Assembly: GCA_051003195.1 (NCBI GenBank)
Contig: JBPCLP010000043.1
Location: forward strand, 38,914-102,913
Source of the DNA: Candidatus Sumerlaeaceae bacterium
GTDB lineage: Bacteria > Sumerlaeota > Sumerlaeia > Sumerlaeales > Sumerlaeaceae
Direction of reading: 5' to 3'
Length of the DNA: 64,000 nt
Part shown: one piece after another, positions 49,556 through 58,218 of the stretch
Numbering within the stretch: the stretch's first letter is position 1
How the letters are laid out: each line of letters begins with the position of its first letter
Program-made: the position numbers and the translations under genes
The notes under the pieces: generated by a model
The model's input: the letters and a program-made list of their open reading frames with translations, nothing else
Database searches by the model: none
What the model was told of the DNA's origin: nothing

Positions 49556-49619
49556 GTGTGCCGTCCGAGCTCGAAAGCTTCCTGAAGTATAGCTATGAAC
49601 TTCTGGGACGGCACACTAG
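49556..49619. mobile_element. About 61-bp MITE-like element with 11-bp terminal inverted repeats and an IS630-like end
   Basis: GTGTGCCGTCC 49556-49566 / GGACGGCACAC 49606-49616, ending in CTAG; same size and architecture as 21814-21878 in the opposite orientation. Confidence 0.6.
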
Positions 49620-49740
49620 GAGTGCGACACCGCGTGCCGCACCGTACAACCCGGGCATTCTTTTACGCGTCCCTGCGAGTTTGGACCCGGTTTCGGAGCA
49701 GCTCCGCAGCTGTACCAAGAACTTCAAAACTGCGTTTGGC

Positions 49741-50103
49741 TTAGCTGGAACTCCGAAGCCGGTGTTCAGTTTCCGTTCCTCGGCGGCCGTAACGCGAAGC
49801 GATCTTTTGCTGCTCTTCTTGAGCCACCAGCTTACTCACCAGCTTGCACCCGAGTGCGCTCGCAATCTTGACCTGGCTTTCGATGGTGAAATTTGCTCCC
49901 CCCATCAGTATCTTGCTCACGTAAGCCTGCGAAGTCCCAAGCTTTTCGGCCAGTTGCTTTTTAGTGATACCCAGCTGCTGCATCCGGCTGACGATCTGCT
50001 GCGCGAAATCGTCCTGTGCGGCGAAAAGTGCATATTCACCACTGCTCTTCAATTTCTCGATCTCAGCCGAGAATCTTTCCTCAGCAGTCCTATGCTTAGT
50101 CAT
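49741..50103 (-). CDS. XRE-family HTH antitoxin (HigA-like)
   Basis: MQQLGITKKQLAEKLGTSQAYVSKILMG.ANFTIES..KIA.ALG; overlaps the upstream toxin. Confidence 0.85.
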   Translation of the reverse strand: MTKHRTAEERFSAEIEKLKSSGEYALFAAQDDFAQQIVSRMQQLGITKKQLAEKLGTSQAYVSKILMGGANFTIESQVKIASALGCKLVSKLVAQEEQQKIASRYGRRGTETEHRLRSSS

Positions 50104-50467
50104 TTAACAGCTTCCGTTCTGCAAAGTATTGTTTCCGCACAGCCTTCGCTTCCTCGATTGCCGACCGCGGCATTTTGTTTTGCTTTTTCACCAGGGCATA
50201 CGCGCAAACAATCACGCGCTCCGCATCATAAAAGTAGATGACCCTTGCGCCATACGGAGCCCGAAATTCAAACAGAGCATCTTCCAGCGGACCGCTTGAA
50301 TCGGGACCCGCTCGGCCTTCTTCGGCCGTGCGATTAAGTATATATCTGAGTCGTTTCGCATCTTTCAGTCCCGGTGTTCCAAGAAACGAATCCACTACGC
50401 CCTGGCCACCTTTAAGCCAGTCGCAGATCGTAAACACTTTTCCAGACACCAGCTTTTGTACGGGCAA
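50096..50467 (-). CDS. RelE/ParE (Gp49/HigB-like) toxin
   Basis: LEDALFEFR...GARVIYFY....IV.....VKKQNKMP...IEEA; toxin-before-antitoxin order as in higBA. Confidence 0.8.
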   Translation of the reverse strand: MPVQKLVSGKVFTICDWLKGGQGVVDSFLGTPGLKDAKRLRYILNRTAEEGRAGPDSSGPLEDALFEFRAPYGARVIYFYDAERVIVCAYALVKKQNKMPRSAIEEAKAVRKQYFAERKLLND

Positions 50468-50605
50468 TAACTTAACCTATAGGTTGAATTTGTATTCGCC
50501 AGTCAATCATCACTTCGATACACTTTCACCGACAGCAAACACAACCCCGAATCGGACGATTTGAGGGGACAGCTTCATAGTGTGTCCATAGCCTGGAAAC
50601 CAGGG

Positions 50606-51214
50606 CTAAACTGACCCGCAAGCCGGCGCACGCGCTTGTTGCCACTCATTGGCCGCGCACATAATGAGATCGCAAATGGGATCTTTGGTGGAGCAGTACG
50701 CGTCGCGATCCTGGACGACAATGGCCGCAAGCTGCCGCTTCACCCGTCCGTATGCGGCTGCTGCGTCGGGGTGCGCACGGAGGTAATCGCGAAAGAGCAG
50801 AGCGTAGCGTTCATTGTACCGTCCGTGTTCCCGCACGTGGACGTGCGCCGCGCGTTTGTCAGGCGCTGCCGTAAAGAATAGTTTGGCCCAGTGCTCCGTG
50901 GCCTCCGATTCAAATCCTGGCGGGACGTGATCCCATACTATGTCTGCCCGTAACTGGTACCCGATACTTTGCAAGCGTGCCGCAATCTCGTCGCGTTCAA
51001 TGAGCGTGCCCACCGTCACCTGCACATCGATGATGTCCTTGGCGGGCAACCCTGGCACCGACGTCGAGCCGATATGGTCTACGCGGAGCGCAAGGTTCTC
51101 CAACGTGCGTTCGATCTCTTGTGCGAGGGCATGGAACTCGTTTGCCCACTCCGGTTGCGGATCGACAATCGCAATCGGATGCGATATGGATTCTAATGAG
51201 GGGCGACTGGTCAT
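50606..51214 (-). CDS. GrpB-family protein (nucleotidyltransferase fold)
   Basis: RVDHIGSTSVPGLPAKDIIDVQV, AHVHVR, LLFRDYLRAHP...AYG..K..LA, Y...K. Confidence 0.92.
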   Translation of the reverse strand: MTSRPSLESISHPIAIVDPQPEWANEFHALAQEIERTLENLALRVDHIGSTSVPGLPAKDIIDVQVTVGTLIERDEIAARLQSIGYQLRADIVWDHVPPGFESEATEHWAKLFFTAAPDKRAAHVHVREHGRYNERYALLFRDYLRAHPDAAAAYGRVKRQLAAIVVQDRDAYCSTKDPICDLIMCAANEWQQARAPACGSV

Positions 51215-51301
51215 GTACGGCTCATGGGATTGCAGCATTTCAACGGCAAGCGGAAAGGCTTTAGGAAATGCGAAGCAGCTGTATTTTAAAGCCCTGCTCT
51301 T

Positions 51302-51622
51302 TTATCCTGCCATGATGGCTTTCAGCAGTTCGTGCATACCGGCGGATGCGACGAAGTTTGCGAGCGCTTCATCCAGATCAGTCGGTGTTTCACAGGTCAC
51401 TGCTTCCGGGTCGCCGGGCAGCAGGCTCACCAGCGTGATGGGCATCTGGCGGATGTCACTCGTCTTCAGGATGACTCGCGCGGCAAACTGGGATTCCTGT
51501 TCCACTTTAAGCAATGTAGTATGGGTAGCTGGGTCCTGAAACAGCTCAATCTCGGCGCGGTTGCCTACGACCGACTGCAACGCCAATGCGATTTTCTGAA
51601 GCTCTTCAATTGGTTTCGTCAC
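51302..51622 (-). CDS. Hypothetical protein
   Basis: 106-aa ORF of natural composition, co-oriented with its neighbours; no recognised domain. Confidence 0.55.
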   Translation of the reverse strand: MTKPIEELQKIALALQSVVGNRAEIELFQDPATHTTLLKVEQESQFAARVILKTSDIRQMPITLVSLLPGDPEAVTCETPTDLDEALANFVASAGMHELLKAIMAG

Positions 51623-51708
51623 GCCATGGTTCTCGATCGTGCGTAAACCACATGTCAGCGGTTAAGTGCGTCTGCGCTCGGCGCACTCACAAAGCGCCTT
51701 GTCGCACG

Positions 51709-51746
51709 AGAGATCGGGGGTCAGCTCCCGATCGTTTAGAATGGTT
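51709..51746 (+). repeat. REP-like family A, partial copy
   Basis: AGATCGGGGGTCAGCTCCCGATCGTTTAGAATGGTT; the right arm is missing. Confidence 0.85.
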
Positions 51747-51783
51747 ATCTGAACTTTCTCTGAAAACGCGGACACTCGATTTG

Positions 51784-51968
51784 GAGATCGAGTGACAGTG
51801 GGGCTGTTGAAAAACCCTCTATCTTTATTCGACCCCTCCAGGCTCGTCGGGATATTACGCTCAAGATCCGCAGGTTGCACCTGCGGCTATTCATGTTCGA
51901 CACCTCCGGTGTCGGTTTTTCAACAGCCCCACAGTCCCCATCGTTAAGAATGGTTGCGGAGCTGACGC
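51784..51968 (+). repeat. REP-like family A copy interrupted by a MITE
   Basis: GGAGATCGAGTGACAGT[insert]CCCCATCGTTAAGAATGGTTGCGGAGCTGACG. Confidence 0.8.
51800..51930. mobile_element. 131-bp MITE with 17-bp perfect TIRs (IS5/IS1182-like ends) and ACAGT target duplication
   Basis: GGGGCTGTTGAAAAACC 51800-51816 / GGTTTTTCAACAGCCCC 51914-51930; ACAGT at 51795-51799 and 51931-51935. Confidence 0.85.
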
Positions 51969-52062
51969 CAAAACTAAAAAGCTGCGACGCGTGCCGCGGA
52001 CACCTCGCGCTTCGTGGATGAGGTGCGCGACCCCGGCAGCTGATGCGCTTCAGAGCTGAACG

Positions 52063-54069
52063 CTACCGTTGGGTGCCCGACGGCGCTTTCAGTTTCACAG
52101 CCTCGTGGCGCAGTTCGTCGACGATTCGCTTGAGCTCGTTCAGTTGGTGCTGCTGCGATTCCACCTTTGACTCCAGGTCTTTCACCGCCTCGACGGCCAA
52201 TCCCTCAAACCCGACGATTTCCAGGGTGCGGCGGCCTTGTGCGTCGCGCTTTACCCATTCCGGGAAAACCTGCTCCACCTCGTCGGCAATCATTCCCATC
52301 AGTGCTTCGTCGCGCGCGGTGAACTCTACCGGATTCTTCCACTGGTAGGTGACACCGCGCAGCTTGAGCAGTTTTTCGAGTGCACCAGAAATCGTGTGTA
52401 CATTCTTCTTAACAGATGCGTCCGAAACAGTGGCCCAGTTGCCGCCGCCCGGCTTGTATGCCTGTCCCGCCACTACCAGGTTCTGCTGTACCGTAACTGT
52501 CCCGGTGGTGTCTATTGTCAGCCGGTCGTTTGACCCGGCATTGTTGTCGATGTCATCCACGGTGCCGTCATTGAACGTCTGCAGCCGAATGTTGGGCGCG
52601 CGCAGCGTAATCAGGTCCGGACCCCAATCGGTGCTGTTGTCGTTCCCGTGAAACAGGATAAGTTCGCTTCTCTCAATCGAGGCTCCCTGGCCTGCGGGAA
52701 CTGTGCGGCTGGCGATCATGGGCGAGGGATCATCGGTCGGAGCCGTGAGTTTCAACAGTTCACCCACCGTACCGCCGACGGTAAGATTTGCCGGGATCGA
52801 AACGGTGTTTGTGGCGGCTATGAGCGATAATCCGGGCCGCATGCTCTTGACGTAAGTCCGAAAAGCGCAGTCGAGCAGAGGCGATGATGGTGATTGCCCG
52901 CCAGGGTACGGATTGTCAAAACTGACCAACCACGAAAGTGCCCCACCGCTGGTGCAGCGTATGGTATAAACCTGCCCTGCAATAACTGGTACTGGAGCAG
53001 CAAAAGTTGCCCGTTGCCATTGCAGTGACGATCCCCCCGGCACCGTAGCGGATGCGAGCAAAGCGCCTTGACGTAGTTCGACAGTAGCATTGAAATAGGG
53101 GCTGTTACCACGTAATATCTCGACCGCCACTAGGTCCCCGGTTATCCCGGCTGTGAACGTCTGACTGACGTCGAAATTACCCCAGGCAGAAGTATTATCG
53201 AGTTCTTGCTTCTGATCGAGGCCTGGGCCCCTCGTGCTTAGCAGCAGGGCGTCATTGGCGGCACTGTAGGCGATCTTCGAGGTTTGCGCATTGGGAAGCA
53301 GCAGCGCACTTGCTGCAACGTCGCCGTTTACATGCAGCAGTGCCTGCGGCGAAGTCGTTCCAATAGCGACTCGGCCCGAGGCATCAACAGTCACGGACTG
53401 GCTGGTACCGTTACTGGCAGGTGAGAGTGACGAGTGCGCGTGGTCATAGCGTGCGATAGCGCTCTGGCTACCGTTCAATCCGCCGGGCGAAGGAAAGACA
53501 GCATTAAGGGTTGGCTCGCCGGTACTACCCCCACCGCTCAGACCGTCGCCGGCTGTTATTCCTGTGATGTCCCCGCCGGAATCATTATCGATATTGTCGG
53601 CAAAACCTGCAGGCTTGCCTGACACATTTGCCCATAAGACTGCACTCGCCGACGTGGCCGTTTCGGCCAGGTTAGCGTATGCCGCAAAAGGAACCGTGTT
53701 TAGACGGGTGCGCGGCAGCACAACGTTGTCGTCGGTGTCGATAGATACCTGCAGGTAGTAATCCAACGCGCTGCTGAACGTGGCGTTCGTGATCGACCCG
53801 AAAATCACTGTTCCGGTCGCCACCGTGTGATTCACGACCCCAGCATCCGCGGTGACCTGCGCAGATTCCGAGTACAGCAGCTCACCTGTATTTGCGCCAT
53901 TGGCCGTGCCACCGCGATACACTTTAAAATACAAAGTGTGTGTGCCGGTGAGCGGAAGCCCGGAACTGTCGAGCTTTGCCTGGTAGTTGAAACGCAACGG
54001 CTGCGCCGCCAGGGCGCCACTGGCAAATAAGAGAATAGCAGCAGCCCAAAGGTTGCTGAGATTACGCAT
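52063..54069 (-). CDS. Secreted fibre-like protein with C-terminal peptidase S74 (intramolecular chaperone) domain and coiled coil
   Basis: GGAG RBS, signal peptide, FNYQAKL, PRTRLNTVPFA, GRVAIGTTSP...LHV.G, KPGGGNWATVSDASVKKN, LRGVTYQW, GMIADEVEQVFPEWV. Confidence 0.85.
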   Translation of the reverse strand: MRNLSNLWAAAILLFASGALAAQPLRFNYQAKLDSSGLPLTGTHTLYFKVYRGGTANGANTGELLYSESAQVTADAGVVNHTVATGTVIFGSITNATFSSALDYYLQVSIDTDDNVVLPRTRLNTVPFAAYANLAETATSASAVLWANVSGKPAGFADNIDNDSGGDITGITAGDGLSGGGSTGEPTLNAVFPSPGGLNGSQSAIARYDHAHSSLSPASNGTSQSVTVDASGRVAIGTTSPQALLHVNGDVAASALLLPNAQTSKIAYSAANDALLLSTRGPGLDQKQELDNTSAWGNFDVSQTFTAGITGDLVAVEILRGNSPYFNATVELRQGALLASATVPGGSSLQWQRATFAAPVPVIAGQVYTIRCTSGGALSWLVSFDNPYPGGQSPSSPLLDCAFRTYVKSMRPGLSLIAATNTVSIPANLTVGGTVGELLKLTAPTDDPSPMIASRTVPAGQGASIERSELILFHGNDNSTDWGPDLITLRAPNIRLQTFNDGTVDDIDNNAGSNDRLTIDTTGTVTVQQNLVVAGQAYKPGGGNWATVSDASVKKNVHTISGALEKLLKLRGVTYQWKNPVEFTARDEALMGMIADEVEQVFPEWVKRDAQGRRTLEIVGFEGLAVEAVKDLESKVESQQHQLNELKRIVDELRHEAVKLKAPSGTQR

Positions 54070-54204
54070 GGCTGATCTCCATGTGAGTGGGCGATTCTGA
54101 CCACAGCGTGGGGAGTCGAACCGGAATGTCAATGTTTGCTAAAGTAGCGGGCCGATCAGAGTTATGATCCTTGAACTTCCTGTGAAAACGCGGACACTCG
54201 ATTT

Positions 54205-54262
54205 GGAGATCGGGGGGTCAGCTCCCGATCGTTAAGAATGGTTGCGGAGCTGACCCCAGAAC
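54205..54262 (+). repeat. REP-like family A, complete copy
   Basis: 12-bp inverted repeat GGGGTCAGCTCC 54214-54225 / GGAGCTGACCCC 54246-54257 with a conserved 20-nt loop. Confidence 0.9.
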
Positions 54263-54323
54263 TACGAATTTAAACTCACCCGATTGTAAGCTTATCACCA
54301 AGAACTACGGAAGTTTCTGTCGA

Positions 54324-54372
54324 CGGGGCGCTTCTACGCTGGGTTTACCAGCACCTTGGTACATTCTGCGCC
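54324..54372 (+). promoter_or_regulatory. 49-bp upstream module, copy 1 (putative promoter/operator)
   Basis: 46/49 identical to 56345-56393; GCTGG-N5-CCAGC dyad and TGnTACATT extended -10-like element. Function is inferred. Confidence 0.5.
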
Positions 54373-54416
54373 ACAGATCGAAGCCACCCGAACGCTGATT
54401 CAGAAAGAGGTCGTCA

Positions 54417-56243
54417 ATGCTTCGCGATCTATCGCGGCAAATGCAGCGCCTTGCTTCCATCTTCGTCGTAGGACTAGCAATTTTTAACAGCAGTTGTGGC
54501 CTTGCAGCCGGGGTCGAGGTTGTCCCCTTTAATTATCCAGGTGATGGGGCGTTCCAGTCGGTCGTGATCGGCGGCAAAAGTTACTACCAGAACCTCGCTG
54601 ATCCTAACCGCTACATCTATTTTGATGTTCCGGCGTCGTTTACCGTCACGGGCCAGCCGATTTACGTGCAGGTTTTCTACCTGGAGTATGGCAACGGCTT
54701 CCTGGGGATCAATTACGACAGCAACCATGTCGAGGGGACACTGCTCGCGCAGAAGTATTGGGGCTCTGAAGAATCGTACGGGACCGTGTGCACGAACGGG
54801 CGAGTGGCACGCGAGGCAGTGTTCAAGTTGGAACTGCCTCGATTTGAAGGACGGCAAAATGGGAATGCCGACTTTCGCCTGGCTGGGTTTTTCGGAACCG
54901 AGCGCATGACCATTGAAAAAGTGCTGCTGTGGACCACACCGCCGCCTTACTTTGTGGAGAAGTCTATTAAGCCATGGCTGCAACCGTACAGCGGACCTGA
55001 GCGCAGCGACATTAACGCAACGACCCTCGATGGCAAGGTGCTGTGTGGATACCAGGGTTGGTTCAATACGCCAAGGGACGGCGCGGAAGTGGGCTACCGC
55101 CACTGGACCCGCGATCCGTTCGCTGTCACTTCCACGTCTCTCACCGTCGATTACTGGCCAGCGGTTTCTGAGTATGATCCGGCCGATCTTTTCCGGGTCA
55201 TTGGCATGACACATCCGGGCTCGTTACCGGCGTATCTTTACAGCGCTTTCAACAGCGGGCCGGTCTTACGGCATTTCCGGTGGATGCGCGAGTATGGCAT
55301 CGACGGCGTATTCCTGAGTCGCTTTGTGACCTCAACGCAGGATCCCAAATCGCTTCGCATCGTGAACATGGTTCTCAACAACGTCCGCGAAGGCTGCCAT
55401 CGCGAGGGCCGCACGTGGGCAATGATGTACGACATGTCCGGCACGACGACGGAAACAGGCGGCGTAGCGGTGATGAACGACTGGAAGTTTTTATGTGACC
55501 AGGTTCACATTCGCGAGGACTCGCGTTTTCTGCACCACAACGGCAAGCCTGTCGTGATGCTGTGGGGTTTCGGGTTCAATGATCGCCCCTGGACCGCCCA
55601 GCAGGCGCAGGCTGTGATTAACTTCTTCAAGAGTGACGCGACCTATGGCGGCAATTACGTGATTGGTGGAGTGGACCCCGGCTGGCGAACGCTGAGTGCG
55701 GGATCGAGCACGGATCCGGCGTGGACGGCCGTGTATCAGTCCTTCGATTCAATCAGCCCGTGGGATGTCGGACGCTACTACGATCTCACGTCGCTGCAGA
55801 ATCATAAGACGAACTATTGGGCGCCGGACTTAGCCGACGTTAACAGCCGCGGGCAGGGCTATGCACCGGTTGTTTTTCCAGGATTCTCGTGGGACAACCT
55901 GTTCAATTATGCTCCAGGCACATCGAACATACCTCGACTCGGCGGCGATTTTCTCTGGAAGCAAATTTACCACTTAAAAAGCCTTGGTGCAAAGACGCTC
56001 TTTGTCGCCATGTTTGACGAGGTGGACGAGGGCACGGCCATCTACAAGGTCAGCAATTCGCCTCCGGTTGAAGCCTTCTTCAGAACTTATGAGGACAAGT
56101 CGGAGGACTGGTACCTGAAGCTAGCCGGCGCCGGCTCCATGATGTGGCGCGACCAGTCGCCTCTGAGCGAAACGATACCCGCGAACATCCCGTTTCCGGT
56201 AGTGGAAACCGCGGCGGGCGCAAGCTGGGAGTTGTACCCGTGA
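54417..56243 (+). CDS. Secreted GH71/GH99-like glycoside hydrolase with C-terminal W-x-L-Y motif
   Basis: LDGKVLCGYQGWF, HFRWMREYGIDGVFLSRF, MYDMSG, SPWDVGRY, PVVFPGFSW, FVAMFDEVDEGTAIYK; ends TAAGASWELYP. Confidence 0.82.
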   Translation: MLRDLSRQMQRLASIFVVGLAIFNSSCGLAAGVEVVPFNYPGDGAFQSVVIGGKSYYQNLADPNRYIYFDVPASFTVTGQPIYVQVFYLEYGNGFLGINYDSNHVEGTLLAQKYWGSEESYGTVCTNGRVAREAVFKLELPRFEGRQNGNADFRLAGFFGTERMTIEKVLLWTTPPPYFVEKSIKPWLQPYSGPERSDINATTLDGKVLCGYQGWFNTPRDGAEVGYRHWTRDPFAVTSTSLTVDYWPAVSEYDPADLFRVIGMTHPGSLPAYLYSAFNSGPVLRHFRWMREYGIDGVFLSRFVTSTQDPKSLRIVNMVLNNVREGCHREGRTWAMMYDMSGTTTETGGVAVMNDWKFLCDQVHIREDSRFLHHNGKPVVMLWGFGFNDRPWTAQQAQAVINFFKSDATYGGNYVIGGVDPGWRTLSAGSSTDPAWTAVYQSFDSISPWDVGRYYDLTSLQNHKTNYWAPDLADVNSRGQGYAPVVFPGFSWDNLFNYAPGTSNIPRLGGDFLWKQIYHLKSLGAKTLFVAMFDEVDEGTAIYKVSNSPPVEAFFRTYEDKSEDWYLKLAGAGSMMWRDQSPLSETIPANIPFPVVETAAGASWELYP

Positions 56244-56344
56244 AGACGGTTTCCAAGTGACTGAAATCCAGGTCCAACCCAGATAAAGCTTGCGAACTCT
56301 CCCGCCGTAACCCTACCATAGCCCTTAATCGGACGTTCCATCGG

Positions 56345-56393
56345 CGGGGCGCTTGTACGCTGGGTTTACCAGCATCTTGATACATTCTGCGCC
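56345..56393 (+). promoter_or_regulatory. 49-bp upstream module, copy 2
   Basis: Near-identical to 54324-54372 and at a similar distance (about 45 bp) from the next ATG. Confidence 0.5.
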
Positions 56394-56439
56394 CAATCCC
56401 CTGCGACTGGAGCAACTCAGGTCATCTCGGGGGTATTCT

Positions 56440-57864
56440 ATGGTTAGCTCTGCGGCAGCCCAACTTCAACGTTCCCTCTGTTTAGCATACCACACAGTAC
56501 GACCTCTTGTCCGTGCGCGAAACGCAATTTCCCCCGTCCTGCTGCTCATCGTCGCGTCGGCCTTCGCATGGCCTTTTGCCGACGGCAGCGGCGAATCGAC
56601 CGACCAGGCCTGCATTTCCGCCAATGGCCGCTATGTGGTTTTCGAATCAGAGTCAAATAACGTTACGCCCGGCGACACGAATGGCTCCAGGGACATATTC
56701 CGACTGGATCTACAGACAGACACAATTATCCGTGTAAATGTCTCCTCCACCGGCGCGCAGAGTGACTCAGCATGTTCCGAACCGCGCGTTAGTGCAGATG
56801 GTAATCGCGTTGTTTTCCATTCGCTTTCTTCGAATCTGGTGACAAGCGATACCAACAACGCGACGGACGTCTTCCTGCGCGACATCACGGCAGCGACAAC
56901 TACGCGCGTCAGCGTCGATTCTGCAGGATTGCAGACGGCGAACTTCGCCGACAGTTATATTTCTTCGATAAGTTCGGACGGCAGCCGCGTGGCTTTCCAT
57001 TCCGCTGCTGCAAACCTCGTCCCCGGGGATACGAACTTCCGCGTCGATGCCTTCCTGCGCAACCTCACTGCCGGCACCACTACGCGCGTCAGCGTGGACT
57101 CGCTTGGCACGCAGGCAGATCGGGATTGCTATTCTGCCACTATCAGCGGCGATGGAACGCGAGTGGCGTTCGTCTCGGATGCGACCAACCTGGTGGCCAG
57201 TGACACAAATGCCAAAGTCGATGTGTTCGTAAGAAATGTCACCGCCGGCACTACAGTGCGGGCAAGCGTGAGTTCAGGCGGGGCTGAGGCAAATGACACC
57301 AGCGTCGCTTCCAGCGGTGATAGACCGACATTGAACACCGACGGGACGCGCGTGGCATTTACCTCGAGTGCGTCGAACCTGGTTACATCCGACACCAATG
57401 GCGTTGATGATGTTTTTGTTCGAGATTTAGCATTGGGCACAACCGTTCGGGCTAGCGTTACAACGACTGGTTCGCAGGCTATTTCGGGCGGCAATTGCGG
57501 AATTATCAGCGCTGACGGCAGCCGTGTCGTGTTCACAGGCGCCTATAATCTGCTGCCGGGCGGCGGCAGCTCGGATCCGCTGCAATACTTCATGCGCAAC
57601 TTGTCCGACAGCAGTACCACCTGCGTGAGCGTAAACTCCGCGGGTGTCCCGGGAAACCTGTTCGTTGGAGGTGCTGCCACTGGCGCAGGAGCAGGTATCA
57701 GCGCGGACAATAACCTGGTGGCATTCTGTTCCCTCGCTTCCAATATGGTCGCGAATGACACGAATGGGACCTACGATATCTTCGTGCGAAACTTAGCCGC
57801 CGGGACGACAGCCGGCCCCAGTATTCCAGTGACCGCAGCCGATGGCTGGATGCTGTACAGGTAA
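56440..57864 (+). CDS. Secreted TolB-like/PD40 beta-propeller repeat protein with C-terminal W-x-L-Y motif
   Basis: Repeated S.DG.RVAF.S.A.NLV..DTN...DVF.R....GTT.R.SV units; ends TAADGWMLYR. Start uncertain. Confidence 0.85.
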   Translation: MVSSAAAQLQRSLCLAYHTVRPLVRARNAISPVLLLIVASAFAWPFADGSGESTDQACISANGRYVVFESESNNVTPGDTNGSRDIFRLDLQTDTIIRVNVSSTGAQSDSACSEPRVSADGNRVVFHSLSSNLVTSDTNNATDVFLRDITAATTTRVSVDSAGLQTANFADSYISSISSDGSRVAFHSAAANLVPGDTNFRVDAFLRNLTAGTTTRVSVDSLGTQADRDCYSATISGDGTRVAFVSDATNLVASDTNAKVDVFVRNVTAGTTVRASVSSGGAEANDTSVASSGDRPTLNTDGTRVAFTSSASNLVTSDTNGVDDVFVRDLALGTTVRASVTTTGSQAISGGNCGIISADGSRVVFTGAYNLLPGGGSSDPLQYFMRNLSDSSTTCVSVNSAGVPGNLFVGGAATGAGAGISADNNLVAFCSLASNMVANDTNGTYDIFVRNLAAGTTAGPSIPVTAADGWMLYR

Positions 57865-58218
57865 CATATCCATACAGAGCTGCTCGGGCACGGCTACGTA
57901 CAGTATGCCGGCCCAACAAGCACCAGCAAGCCGCCAGCCGGAAACGAGTCGCAGTATTTCAAGTTCCCCACGGTGCGACGTTCCAGGATCATTGATGGCC
58001 TTTCAAAATATCCGCGCCTAAAGATTTGGTTGGTCGGGAATACAGCCTTTGAAGGCCTCGCAGTAACTGCGACAAACGATAAGCTAATGAGCTTCTGGCT
58101 GGATCACTGAATGGCTACCGACTTCAATTTTCTGCTTGTTAACCAGTCCGCTCGATATGCTTTCGCGCCGCTTGCATGCTGGTTAGCGACGCGCCAGTAA
58201 TACCGTATCAATGTTCGA

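Noticed and set aside
52063..54069. Prophage
   Set aside because: Only a lone S74-domain protein with a signal peptide; no structural, terminase or integrase genes.
57865..58110. Open frame continuing in phase after the PD40 gene stop (readthrough)
   Set aside because: The stop is TAA, the downstream peptide is unrecognisable, and the WxLY motif marks a natural terminus.
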